A stretch of 32,799 nt of DNA from Candidatus Thorarchaeota archaeon (GCA_018238825.1 JABCSP010000003.1:1-32799), one strand, 5' to 3'; positions 1 to 8,511 are shown, counted from the first letter of the stretch. Numbers and translations: made by a program. The notes: generated from the letters alone by a model not told the origin.

Positions 1-2
1 GG

Positions 3-1448
3 CCAAAGATAGTCAATGATCCAGCAGTGGAGGAGTACAGACATGCATTAGAAAAGGCAAGGGAGAAGGGAAAATACCTTCTCTCGGAGAGTGATGAACA
101 ACTAATATTTGACAAAGATCTCTATGGTATTGATAGTTGGTCCACGCTACACGAAAGACTGAGGAGTACGCAGAAGTACAAAGTTGTAATTAATGGTGAA
201 GAGAAAGAGATGGTGTTCGCAGAACTTCAGACCATTGCAGAGAGCAATCCTGACAGAGAAACCCGTAGAACTGCTGCGGAGGCCTACTATAAAGGCGTCG
301 TGAAGGATAGACTTGCATATTCTACTGCTTTAAGATGTGTGTTCGGAGATCATTTGAATCAGGTGAAGCTAAGAAAGTATCCAAGTGTCTTGACTCAAAG
401 CCTTTTACTCAATGATATTTCAAAAACTACACTTGATGCACTAATCACCTGCATGAAGAAAAACACTCACCTCATCAGAAGATTTCTCAAACTTAGAGCG
501 AAGACAATGGGTTTCACAAAGCTAACTGGATGTGATATCAGTCCAATAAGAGCTGCTCCAATTACTGAAACTCAGAGCAATATCCCTTGGTCAGAGGCAA
601 AGAAATTGGTCGTAGATTCGTACACCGAGTTTGACAAAGAGGCTGGTGAATTCGTCGCTAGTCTTTTTGAACTTAATAGAATTGATGCAGGTGTCCGGTC
701 TGGAAAGTCTGCATCAGGCTTCTGTACGTATGTTCCTGCACTTCGTACATCATATATCATGATGGGTTACGGGGGTTCTCTATCAGACATTTCAACATTA
801 GCACATGAAAGCGGGCATGGCCTTCATGCATATTATACATCTGAGAAACACAAATCGGTTAACTTCTCCCCTGGTCCTTGCCTCGCAGAAACAGGGAGTA
901 TCTTTGGAGAGATGTTACTGGTCGATAAGCTACTCAATCAGAGTAAAGATGACGAAACAAAACTGGCAGTCTTGGACAAAGTGTTTTGCGGCCTATACCT
1001 CATGGTGTTCTACATGCTTAACGACTACCTCTTTGAGCACAGTGTATTTACTGCAATGGAGAACAACGAGGCAATAGATGCGGAGAAGCTTGACACATTA
1101 TGGATGGCTGCACGAACTGAGGTCTTTGGTGATAGTGTCGAGTGGTTACCGGGGATGGAACAGTGGTGGGTGGTACCAGTACATCACTTCTTTCCGCGAT
1201 TCAGATTCTACAACTATCCCTACTCTTATGCACAGCTCTTAGTCTTCGTATTGTATCGTCTTTACAAGCAAGAAGGTTCTTCATTTGTCCCGAAAATGAA
1301 ACGTATCCTCTCAGCTGGTGGATCAGAATCACCAAAAACACTTCTAGCAGAAATTGGGTTAGATGTGACAGATCCAAAGTTCTGGGAGCTTGGATTCGAA
1401 CAAGCAGAATCGTACCTTGATGAGTATGAACGTATTGTGAACAAATAA
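3..1448 (+). CDS. pepF: M3-family oligoendopeptidase F (5' partial; frame is open from the window edge)
   Basis: HExxH zinc motif TLAHESGHGLH, downstream AETGS third-ligand motif, GKxxxGFC and FYNYPYSY segments typical of M3B; frame open upstream of GTG at 27 (PKIVNDPAV). Confidence 0.9.
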   Translation, partial: PKIVNDPAVEEYRHALEKAREKGKYLLSESDEQLIFDKDLYGIDSWSTLHERLRSTQKYKVVINGEEKEMVFAELQTIAESNPDRETRRTAAEAYYKGVVKDRLAYSTALRCVFGDHLNQVKLRKYPSVLTQSLLLNDISKTTLDALITCMKKNTHLIRRFLKLRAKTMGFTKLTGCDISPIRAAPITETQSNIPWSEAKKLVVDSYTEFDKEAGEFVASLFELNRIDAGVRSGKSASGFCTYVPALRTSYIMMGYGGSLSDISTLAHESGHGLHAYYTSEKHKSVNFSPGPCLAETGSIFGEMLLVDKLLNQSKDDETKLAVLDKVFCGLYLMVFYMLNDYLFEHSVFTAMENNEAIDAEKLDTLWMAARTEVFGDSVEWLPGMEQWWVVPVHHFFPRFRFYNYPYSYAQLLVFVLYRLYKQEGSSFVPKMKRILSAGGSESPKTLLAEIGLDVTDPKFWELGFEQAESYLDEYERIVNK

Positions 1449-1484
1449 TCCAATTGATCTTAATAACAAGTAGAAAGGAAAAGA

Positions 1485-1627
1485 TGGCGCTCAGGGAGAG
1501 AATTTCAGACCTCATGGAAATCATGAAGTCATTTGAACTCTCGCGTGTAAAACACACTGGATATTTGCAGGACTGCGTATAGCTGCCTATAGCAATCCAG
1601 CTCCATACCAGGCTTGGATACCTGAGC
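1485..1627 (-). tRNA. tRNA-Ser(GCU) with two introns: 37/38 (1563-1589, 27 nt) and 59/60 (1502-1531, 30 nt); CCA encoded
   Basis: Acceptor GCTCAGG/CCTGAGC + G-CCA; anticodon stem CTGGA/TCCAG with loop TT-GCT-AA after splicing; long variable arm GTGT-TTT-ACAC; T arm GAGAG-TTCAAAT-CTCTC after splicing; both introns form 3-4-3 bulge-helix-bulge motifs; TATA-like TTTAAG about 27 nt upstream. Confidence 0.93.
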
Positions 1628-1716
1628 TTGCGAACCTGCGGACCGTATTTTTCTCTTAAACATTGTTGTAGGTTAGCAATAAGAAGGTGCGACGCCTCTA
1701 CCTCTCATCTTAGAGA

Positions 1717-1750
1717 TATTCCCATCAAGTTCTGCTATTAGATGGGAATA
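1717..1750. repeat. Perfect 10-bp inverted repeat TATTCCCATC-N14-GATGGGAATA between the divergent tRNA-Ser and SRP RNA genes
   Basis: Read directly from sequence; function unknown. Confidence 0.6.
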
Positions 1751-1828
1751 CATTATTTATTCATAACACTGAACTAGACTATTCCGTAATCCTTAATTCC
1801 TCAAGTTGAAGGGATTAACATGTGACGG

Positions 1829-2099
1829 GTAGGGTTGGGTCGTTTGCGGCGACCTATAACCGGAATGCAATAGCCGGAACCAGTAACAATCACCGAGATT
1901 GAACCGAGGACTTTGTAGGTCCATCACATGACGTTGACGAGCGGTCTCTGAAGTCTGCGTTGGCCGTACTAGCATTCGTAGGTTTGCTGTTATCGGCTTA
2001 GATATTCGAACCGGGCCAGACCCGGGAGGGAGCAGTCCTAAGGATAATTCGTGGAGCCTCTGAGGTTGCCGCTTTGAGAATTGGGATGGGCTAGCCTAT
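1829..2099 (+). ncRNA. ffs: Signal recognition particle RNA (archaeal 7S RNA); ends approximate
   Basis: Helix 8 motif GGGCCAGACCC-GGGA-GGGAGCAGTCC (2013-2038); helix 6 with GTAG tetraloop; Alu domain hairpins GGTCG/CGACC and CCGG/CCGG with complementary loops TTGC/GCAA separated by TATAA; 5' and 3' ends can pair. Confidence 0.88.
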
Positions 2100-2116
2100 G
2101 AATAATCGACAATCGA

Positions 2117-2150
2117 AGTGAAAGGGCCGTCACACCTTTTCCATTTCACT
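2117..2150. terminator. Possible terminator hairpin between convergent SRP RNA and aIF5B
   Basis: AGTGAAA...TTTCACT 7-bp stem. Confidence 0.3.
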
Positions 2151-2174
2151 GGCATAATTGTTGATGCTGCCAGT

Positions 2175-3965
2175 TTACACAAAGGAACCAGCTGCACGCT
2201 TAATGATAGTGAGTTCATCTAAGACTTCTTTCTCTGGAGGAGAGAGTTCATCGAGGAATTTCTTTCTGATAGCAAGAATCTGTTTGTCAGGAACATCTGT
2301 ATACAGAATCTCGTCATCTTTGACCTGTCGTCCAATAGTAGGTCCCCGTATCGATACTGCAACTTCCATTCCATCTGTAGCTTCATCTATTGTCACACTA
2401 CGGTCCTGAATCTGAAGAATAGTACCAACTCTCTTTCCATCCTCATTGATTAAACTAGTTCTTGGCCTTATTACTCCCTGAACCTTCACACCCACAACTG
2501 CTGGATTCTTATGTCTAAACACATACTCTGGAATGAGTACGATTTTTCCTGGTCTAATAATTGAACTTAATGACTCGGCTTTTGCCTGCTCTCTCTTTAC
2601 AATTAACCAAGCATAGTAATCATCGTATAATCTATAGATGACTTCATTCAAGAACACCTCTACACCTAATTCCGCAGCAAGATCTTCTATCTCTGTAGCA
2701 ATCTTCACATTGAACCCTAGAACTACTGCATTAAGTGGATCTCCATCACCAGAAGCCTGCGCCTCAACGATATCACGCTTTACAACTGGACCAACATCTG
2801 CAAATCTTACTGAAACATCCCGTTCCTGTAAGAATTGTGTTACGGCTTCTAGAGACCCTAATGTATCGGTCTTTACAACGATTCCAGATTTATCAGTCTG
2901 AATTCTGATTGAACTAAGCTCATCTCTGACCTTTTGTTTAATCTCTTCGAGTTTTTCAGGATCCTCCACCGCATAAACAGGTGCACCTGCCACAACTCCT
3001 TCAATATCTGGGGCTACTATTTTGACACCTGCTGCAGCATGTACAATATCAACATGTGTGAATTTCTCTTTGGGATCACGAATCTCATCAAGAGGCTTTG
3101 GTAGAAGTAACGCTCTAATTTTGGCCTCAATTACTCCATCGAGTCCACCCACAACAATAGTGTCAGTCTTCTTCAATATTCCATCATAGATGATAGTATC
3201 AAGAGTAAGCCCAAGGCCTGTTTCTTCTCTTACTTCAAGAACAGCACCTATCGCTGGTCCTGTGGAAACAGTTAGTCTATCCTTCATGTATTGTTGTGTA
3301 AGGCCTGATAGTACCATCAAAAGCTCTGGGATTCCAGTACCAGTCTTAGCGCTTGTTGGTACGATAGCCACAGTTTTTTGAAAATCTTCAACACGATCAA
3401 ACCGTTCTGACTGGATATCATTTGCAGAGAGTGCTCCCACAATTTCGTAAATTCTTCTATCAACTTCAGATTGGGTTGATATTCCCTGAGCCTTAATAGC
3501 TTCAAAGAGCGACATTCCCTCTTTATGTCTCCAACCTGGTACTTTGTCAAGCTTGTTTGCAGCAATGAGAAATGGAGTCTTACCGGAACGGAGTATCTTT
3601 AGAGACTCATAAGACTGAGTCAGAGGTCCTTCATTGATATCAACCACGAGAATGGCGATGTCTGCTATAGCACCTCCACGTCTTCTTAGATTGAGATACG
3701 CTTCATGTCCAGGTGTATCAATGAAAAGAAGTCCGTCTATAGTCAATTCAGTATTGATAGTTTTGAGAAGGTCTCCACAGATTGATAGAATTGTTTCAGT
3801 GGGAAAGAAAGATGCACCGATATGCTGTGTAATTCCAGCTGCTTCTCTATCTTGAACCCCGGTTCCTCGCATCTTGTCAAGAAGAGAAGTTTTTCCATGA
3901 TCGATATGGCCAAGTACAGTAACAATCGGCGAACGCAGTTTACCAGCTTCAGTCAAGATTGACAC
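2175..3965 (-). CDS. infB: Translation initiation factor aIF5B (IF-2)
   Basis: LRSPIVTVLGHIDHGKTSLLD, REAAGITQHIGA, FIDTPGHE, NKLD, DTLGSLEA; 596 aa. Confidence 0.97.
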   Translation of the reverse strand: MSILTEAGKLRSPIVTVLGHIDHGKTSLLDKMRGTGVQDREAAGITQHIGASFFPTETILSICGDLLKTINTELTIDGLLFIDTPGHEAYLNLRRRGGAIADIAILVVDINEGPLTQSYESLKILRSGKTPFLIAANKLDKVPGWRHKEGMSLFEAIKAQGISTQSEVDRRIYEIVGALSANDIQSERFDRVEDFQKTVAIVPTSAKTGTGIPELLMVLSGLTQQYMKDRLTVSTGPAIGAVLEVREETGLGLTLDTIIYDGILKKTDTIVVGGLDGVIEAKIRALLLPKPLDEIRDPKEKFTHVDIVHAAAGVKIVAPDIEGVVAGAPVYAVEDPEKLEEIKQKVRDELSSIRIQTDKSGIVVKTDTLGSLEAVTQFLQERDVSVRFADVGPVVKRDIVEAQASGDGDPLNAVVLGFNVKIATEIEDLAAELGVEVFLNEVIYRLYDDYYAWLIVKREQAKAESLSSIIRPGKIVLIPEYVFRHKNPAVVGVKVQGVIRPRTSLINEDGKRVGTILQIQDRSVTIDEATDGMEVAVSIRGPTIGRQVKDDEILYTDVPDKQILAIRKKFLDELSPPEKEVLDELTIIKRAAGSFV

Positions 3966-4133
3966 CCCACAAGGAATTTACTGTGGTCTTCTTGAAACAG
4001 TTATGAAAGTGTCGTTTTAACCCTCTCTACTATTCTCACGCTTTATTGCTGAATGAAATGGATTATATCCTTCATTTTCACCGCGAGATGCGTGGATACG
4101 GTCAATACGTATCATAACTATAGGTGATTTAAT

Positions 4134-4799
4134 TTGGAACGTTCATTTGTAATTATCAAACCTGATGGTACCGCACGCCGTCGAGTAAGTGCACTAGTTC
4201 TCAAGGCTCTCTTAGACAGAGGTTACAGACTTGTTGCATTTCAAGAGATGAAAGTGCCTGAGTCTTTAGCCAAGTTGCACTATGCAGTCCACAAAGAAAA
4301 ACCCTTTTTCCCATGGTTAGTAGATTTCATATCCTCAGCTCCAGTTCTTACCATGATATTCGAGGCTGACGATGTAATTCAGGGTGTTCGTGATGCTCTT
4401 GGCGCAACATTTGTGCAGAAGGCATCCCCCGAATCCCTCAGAGGTAAATATGGTATCTGGGCAGGAATTAATATTGCACATGCATCAGATGCTCCCGAAA
4501 CAGCAGCAGATGAGATGAAATTGTGGACTACAGAGAGCGGTCTCAAGGAATCATCAGATGCTGAGGAGCTTGCACACACTTACATTCAGAAACATGTCAA
4601 TGGCGATGCTGATTATACAATGGACCTACGGAATGTTGTGAAAGATGCCATTGAAAATCGTGATACTTCCAACGATGTCCTTAATTCACTGAAAGAACTC
4701 TTTGCAAAAGATGCTGTTGGTATTGAGAAGGAAGATACAGACACTTTAGCAAAAGTCGTCTTTGATTTTGTAAAAGAAGAAGCAGAAAAAACAGAGTAG
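4134..4799 (+). CDS. ndk: Nucleoside diphosphate kinase with ~85-aa acidic C-terminal extension
   Basis: ERSFVIIKPDG, HYAVHKEKPFF, SLRGKYG, NIAHASD catalytic His; GGTGA RBS before TTG. Confidence 0.9.
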   Translation: MERSFVIIKPDGTARRRVSALVLKALLDRGYRLVAFQEMKVPESLAKLHYAVHKEKPFFPWLVDFISSAPVLTMIFEADDVIQGVRDALGATFVQKASPESLRGKYGIWAGINIAHASDAPETAADEMKLWTTESGLKESSDAEELAHTYIQKHVNGDADYTMDLRNVVKDAIENRDTSNDVLNSLKELFAKDAVGIEKEDTDTLAKVVFDFVKEEAEKTE

Positions 4800-4803
4800 A
4801 AAA

Positions 4804-4838
4804 CCAAGGTGGCATTAGCCACCATTGGCTTCTTTTTC
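4804..4838. terminator. Hairpin plus T-tract between convergent ndk and rpl24e
   Basis: CCAA-GGTGGC-ATTA-GCCACC-A-TTGG followed by TTCTTTTT. Confidence 0.6.
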
Positions 4839-4855
4839 AAAATAGAATAATTAGT

Positions 4856-5056
4856 TTAGCGTGCAGCCTTACCGCCTTTCTGATATTCTGTGGTCCATTT
4901 TGTATCTCTAGGCTTCATGCGACGTTTCATTCTATTGACTTTACACTTGTTAGAACAGAACCAGAAAACTGCGCCGTCTTTTGTTTGAACGAAAGCAGAT
5001 CCAGTTCCGGGCTCAATATCCTTTCCACAGAACGAACATTTCATTGTTCCAACCAT
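4856..5056 (-). CDS. rpl24e: 50S ribosomal protein L24e
   Basis: CSFCGKDIEPGTG...FCSNKC...KWT TRASH zinc motif; synteny with S28e and L7Ae. Confidence 0.96.
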   Translation of the reverse strand: MVGTMKCSFCGKDIEPGTGSAFVQTKDGAVFWFCSNKCKVNRMKRRMKPRDTKWTTEYQKGGKAAR

Positions 5057-5057
5057 A

Positions 5058-5282
5058 TTAACGCCTCCTCATTTTACGGGCTTCCCTTTCGGTTTCCCTT
5101 AGAATGAGAATATCTCCTTCTCGTACAGGTCCCTTAACGTTTCGAGTCAGGACTCGTCCTCTGTCCCTGCCATCTAATATTTTAACACGAACCTGAGTGA
5201 TTTCACCGGTCACGCCAGTTCTTCCTAAGAGCTGGATTATTTCAGCAGGAATTGCTGGAGTTGATTCATCATCTTTACTCAT
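5058..5282 (-). CDS. rps28e: 30S ribosomal protein S28e
   Basis: [37 protein letters not shown]. Confidence 0.97.
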   Translation of the reverse strand: MSKDDESTPAIPAEIIQLLGRTGVTGEITQVRVKILDGRDRGRVLTRNVKGPVREGDILILRETEREARKMRRR

Positions 5283-5302
5283 CGAAAGCCATCACCTGAA
5301 TC

Positions 5303-5674
5303 TTACTTTCGGAGACCGTTGATCTTCTCGACAAGGTCGTCAACAAGACTCTTTGCCTTGCCATCCACAATTATTGCGACAGCGGCAGTGGGTCTTTCAA
5401 TTCCAACAGCTTTACCAAGATCTCCCTTATTCTGTACGAATATATAGGGAATCTTCTTGTCATCGCAAAGACCTGGAAGGTACATGATTATCTCTGGGGG
5501 TTCAACATCCTCAGCAACAATCACTAAACGGGCTACTCCACGCTCAATACTCTTGGTCGCTTCGTTAATCCCCTTCTTTATTCTACCAGTATCTTTGGCT
5601 ATTTCTAGAGCCTCAAGGGCCTTCTTCTGAAGTTCCTCAGTGGGCTCCCATTCAACAAAACTTGGTTTAGGCAT
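5303..5674 (-). CDS. rpl7ae: 50S ribosomal protein L7Ae (start 5674 preferred on SD spacing; 5680 possible)
   Basis: GRIKKGINEATKSIERG, AEDVEPPEI, LGKAVG. Confidence 0.97.
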   Translation of the reverse strand: MPKPSFVEWEPTEELQKKALEALEIAKDTGRIKKGINEATKSIERGVARLVIVAEDVEPPEIIMYLPGLCDDKKIPYIFVQNKGDLGKAVGIERPTAAVAIIVDGKAKSLVDDLVEKINGLRK

Positions 5675-5681
5675 TACCATT

Positions 5682-5707
5682 TACCTCAGTTTATTTCTTC
5701 ATCGGTA
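5682..5707 (-). promoter_or_regulatory. Kink-turn in the rpl7ae 5' UTR overlapping the SD sequence
   Basis: mRNA UACC-GAU-GA-AG-AAAUAAA-CU-GA-GGUA: C stem UACC/GGUA, 3-nt bulge, tandem G.A/A.G pairs; GAGGU SD inside. Confidence 0.75.
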
Positions 5708-5803
5708 TTTTGCCCATTCCTTCTGGAACAGACTCTTCTGCGTCGTCTGACCTGTTTCTTTTAAAACTGTCGAACTAGCATGAGAAATTAGAACTACCAG
5801 ACA

Positions 5804-6796
5804 TTAATAGCCCAAGTTTCGTAATGCATTTGCGAGATTTGCATCATCCACATCTAAATGTTCCAAAACAGAGTATCGGTTTCTCTTCTTCATGATTTTT
5901 AGTGCATGATGAATATCTTCTACAAATGCTGCCAAATTGGTATTGATTGCATCAAAGGTTGTAGGCATATGATGGTTAGACATGAATTCCTGAATCACCT
6001 CAGGTTTATACTTGGCATAACCAGCTTCCTGTAGATAGTAAAGACAGATTGGTGTGGCAAATGCGACCTGCAGTCCATGTAGATCTGAGTCAATTCTGTC
6101 CATAGCATGTGAGATTGCATGCTCTGTACCCGAACAAGGTCGAGAACTACCGAAAATACTCATTGCTCTTCCTGCATCAATTTCAGCTCTGATTAAAGTT
6201 TCAAACCCATCATCCTTCAGTACAGATGTCAGAGCATTATCAACGATGCCATAGACCTGTTCATCAAAAGGTTCATCCTTCACTTCATGGGCCAATTTCC
6301 ATTCTGCCAAGCTGGATGTTTTACAGATAATATCGCCAAGGCCTGCTAGTTTGAGTTTAGGAGGTGCTTTTGAGATGATAGATGTATCCGCAATGACTGC
6401 CATCGGTGCCTTACATTTAATCGAATACTTGTATCCATCATGACTGACAGAGGCAACCTCGCTCGCAATTCCATCATGGGAAGCTGCTGTAGGTACTGAT
6501 ATCCAGTCAAGATTCGTATCTCTTGCAATGAGTTTCGCAATATCCAAGCTTGCTCCTCCTCCAAACCCTATCACAATATCAATTCCCTCAAGTGATAGAG
6601 CCGAATTCTTTGGATATGCTGATGCCATTATCCATTTACAGGGTACTTCAATTATTTCTTCCAAAGTATTCGAATACTGGGCATGAATCACTTCATCAGT
6701 CACACACAATGGACACGAGTAATCTTTCAATATAGTCCTGAGTTCCTCTAGGGCTCCTTCTGCAATTACAACCGTTGTTGGCCCTGTGCAGGACAT
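5804..6796 (-). CDS. egsA: sn-glycerol-1-phosphate dehydrogenase
   Basis: GGGASLDIAK, PTAASHDGIAS, SSRPCSGTEH, HGLQV motifs; ATG at 6796 has AGGAG RBS. Confidence 0.88.
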   Translation of the reverse strand: MSCTGPTTVVIAEGALEELRTILKDYSCPLCVTDEVIHAQYSNTLEEIIEVPCKWIMASAYPKNSALSLEGIDIVIGFGGGASLDIAKLIARDTNLDWISVPTAASHDGIASEVASVSHDGYKYSIKCKAPMAVIADTSIISKAPPKLKLAGLGDIICKTSSLAEWKLAHEVKDEPFDEQVYGIVDNALTSVLKDDGFETLIRAEIDAGRAMSIFGSSRPCSGTEHAISHAMDRIDSDLHGLQVAFATPICLYYLQEAGYAKYKPEVIQEFMSNHHMPTTFDAINTNLAAFVEDIHHALKIMKKRNRYSVLEHLDVDDANLANALRNLGY

Positions 6797-7010
6797 ATTA
6801 TTAGCTCCTTTTCTCTCGAAACTCAAGCTCTTGAAAAGAGCTTCTATCGCGCCAAATCGTTATCTATTGCAGTATTCTTAAGTACTGGCACATTGGGGCG
6901 TCAGTTCAGAAGGCTCTTACATCAGAGGTTCACTCACCTCATCGAATAAGATTCAGGTAATACTCTAACCTATACGTCTACCACACAAGTTCATCACGGA
7001 GACAACTCTC

Positions 7011-7502
7011 ATGACTGAATATGTCAAGGTTGCCCTAATGGGATCTGGTTACGCAGGTAAATCGACTCTAATCAAGCTTCTCACCGATGGAGTGCAGAAA
7101 TTAGAGACTAACTACAAGCCAACACCAGGAATGAGCTGTGGGACAATCACAATTGATGCCAGTACAAAGGTTTCACTTGTCGAGATGGGTGGACAGGCAC
7201 ATTTTGAATTTCTCTGGCCTGATTTTATGAGGGGCAGTACAATGGTTGTTGTGGTCACTGAGAGTAATCCAAAGGCTGTTCTTAAGACTCGCCAACTCCT
7301 TGAGAAGTACAAGGACAATCTACACGGATCTAAAATAATCGCAATTGCAAACAAACAAGACTTACCAGGTTCAATGCGCCCAGAGTCAGTACAGGATCTA
7401 CTGGGTGTTCCGACTTATGGAATGGTTGCAATTAATCCTAAAGAACGTCTGAACGGCTACAAACTCATTGTTAACGGTCTGCGAAACCAAATTGCTGCAT
7501 AA
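7011..7502 (+). CDS. Small Ras-superfamily (Arf/Rab-like) GTPase
   Basis: G1 GSGYAGKST, G2 YKPT, G3 variant EMGGQ, G4 NKQD; 163 aa single domain. Confidence 0.85.
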   Translation: MTEYVKVALMGSGYAGKSTLIKLLTDGVQKLETNYKPTPGMSCGTITIDASTKVSLVEMGGQAHFEFLWPDFMRGSTMVVVVTESNPKAVLKTRQLLEKYKDNLHGSKIIAIANKQDLPGSMRPESVQDLLGVPTYGMVAINPKERLNGYKLIVNGLRNQIAA

Positions 7503-7592
7503 TCTAGGTAACAGCACTAGTTCATTGTATTAGAGGTGTTTCTAGCTTCATCCTTAGGACAATGCTTTTATGCAGAGAAAAAACAAACCAAC

Positions 7593-7677
7593 TTACCCAA
7601 GGCATGGGCGAAAGAGCCCTCTGGTCGGTTTAGACCATATGGCGAGTCCATCCTGGAAGAACATGTCTTTTGGGTAA
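7593..7677 (+). ncRNA. Candidate structured 5' leader of the rpoD-ribosomal protein operon
   Basis: Outer stem TTACCCAA-GGCATG/CATGTC-TT-TTGGGTAA enclosing three hairpins (GGGC/GCCC, TGGTC/GACCA, ATGG/CCAT); TATA-like TTTTAT about 25 nt upstream. Confidence 0.5.
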
Positions 7678-7699
7678 ACCTCCGCGGTCAGGTGAGTCA

Positions 7700-8500
7700 A
7701 TGGAAATCACAATCATTCGCAAGCAAGAAAACATCATTCACTTCTTAGCTGAAGGATTAGATGTTGCCTTTGCCAACGCGCTTAGGAGAACCATGCTTAC
7801 TAGATTGCCGGCGATGGCAATAGATGAAGTACTAGTCCTTGAGAATACTAGTGTCATGTACGATGAGATGTTAGCTCATAGAATGGGACTTTTACCTCTA
7901 GTAACAGATTTGGAGAGTTACAATCTCCCAGAGGAGTGTGACTGTGAAGGAAAAGGTTGTAGCCTTTGCCAATGTACACTCACACTGGAGAAACAAGCCG
8001 GTGATGAAGAAGAAATAGTCTATTCTCGCGACCTATCGTCACAAGACCCGAAAATTATTCCTGCATTAGGTGAGATTCCCCTGGTGAAACTTGCCCCTAA
8101 TCAACGTCTAATTATTGAAGCATATGCTCGTCTTGGAAAGGGTGTAGAAAACGCAAAGTTCCAACCAGTTTCAACAGTATCATACAAGTATGTGCCGATT
8201 ATCGAAGTGAATAAAGACAAGTGCAATCAATGTGGGGATTGTGTCAAAGTATGCCCGAAGAATATCCTTCTCGTTGAGGGTGATACAATTGCGACACAAA
8301 ATACTCTGGACTGCAGTTTCTGTGAGGCATGCGTTGAAGTCTGTGAACCCGGAGCAATCACAATAGATTCTAAGAAGAACAGTTTTCTGTTCAAGGTTGA
8401 ATCCACAGGAGCCTTGTCTCCTGAAGAAATTGTTGAAAAATCAGCCGAGATTCTCAAAGAGAGAATAAGATTGGCATTAGATTACGCAAATTCAATATGA
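7700..8500 (+). CDS. rpoD: RNA polymerase subunit D (Rpo3) with 2x[4Fe-4S] ferredoxin-like domain
   Basis: FANALRR, ENTSVMYDEMLAHRMGLLPL, GKGVENAKFQP; CxxCxxCxxxC twice; GGTGA RBS before ATG 7700. Confidence 0.96.
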   Translation: MEITIIRKQENIIHFLAEGLDVAFANALRRTMLTRLPAMAIDEVLVLENTSVMYDEMLAHRMGLLPLVTDLESYNLPEECDCEGKGCSLCQCTLTLEKQAGDEEEIVYSRDLSSQDPKIIPALGEIPLVKLAPNQRLIIEAYARLGKGVENAKFQPVSTVSYKYVPIIEVNKDKCNQCGDCVKVCPKNILLVEGDTIATQNTLDCSFCEACVEVCEPGAITIDSKKNSFLFKVESTGALSPEEIVEKSAEILKERIRLALDYANSI

Positions 8501-8511
8501 GGTGTGCCAGC

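Noticed and set aside
1201-1557. 118-aa minus-strand ORF
   Set aside because: Overlaps pepF in antisense and runs through the tRNA-Ser gene
1793-1975. 60-aa minus-strand ORF
   Set aside because: Antisense to the SRP RNA; no protein-like features
7593-7677. Leader structure as a tRNA, hammerhead ribozyme or SECIS
   Set aside because: No T-loop/CCA, no CUGANGA core, no SECIS AUGA/GA quartet
7536-7748. 70-aa ORF upstream of rpoD
   Set aside because: Overlaps the rpoD start in another frame and spans the promoter and structured leader; no motifs
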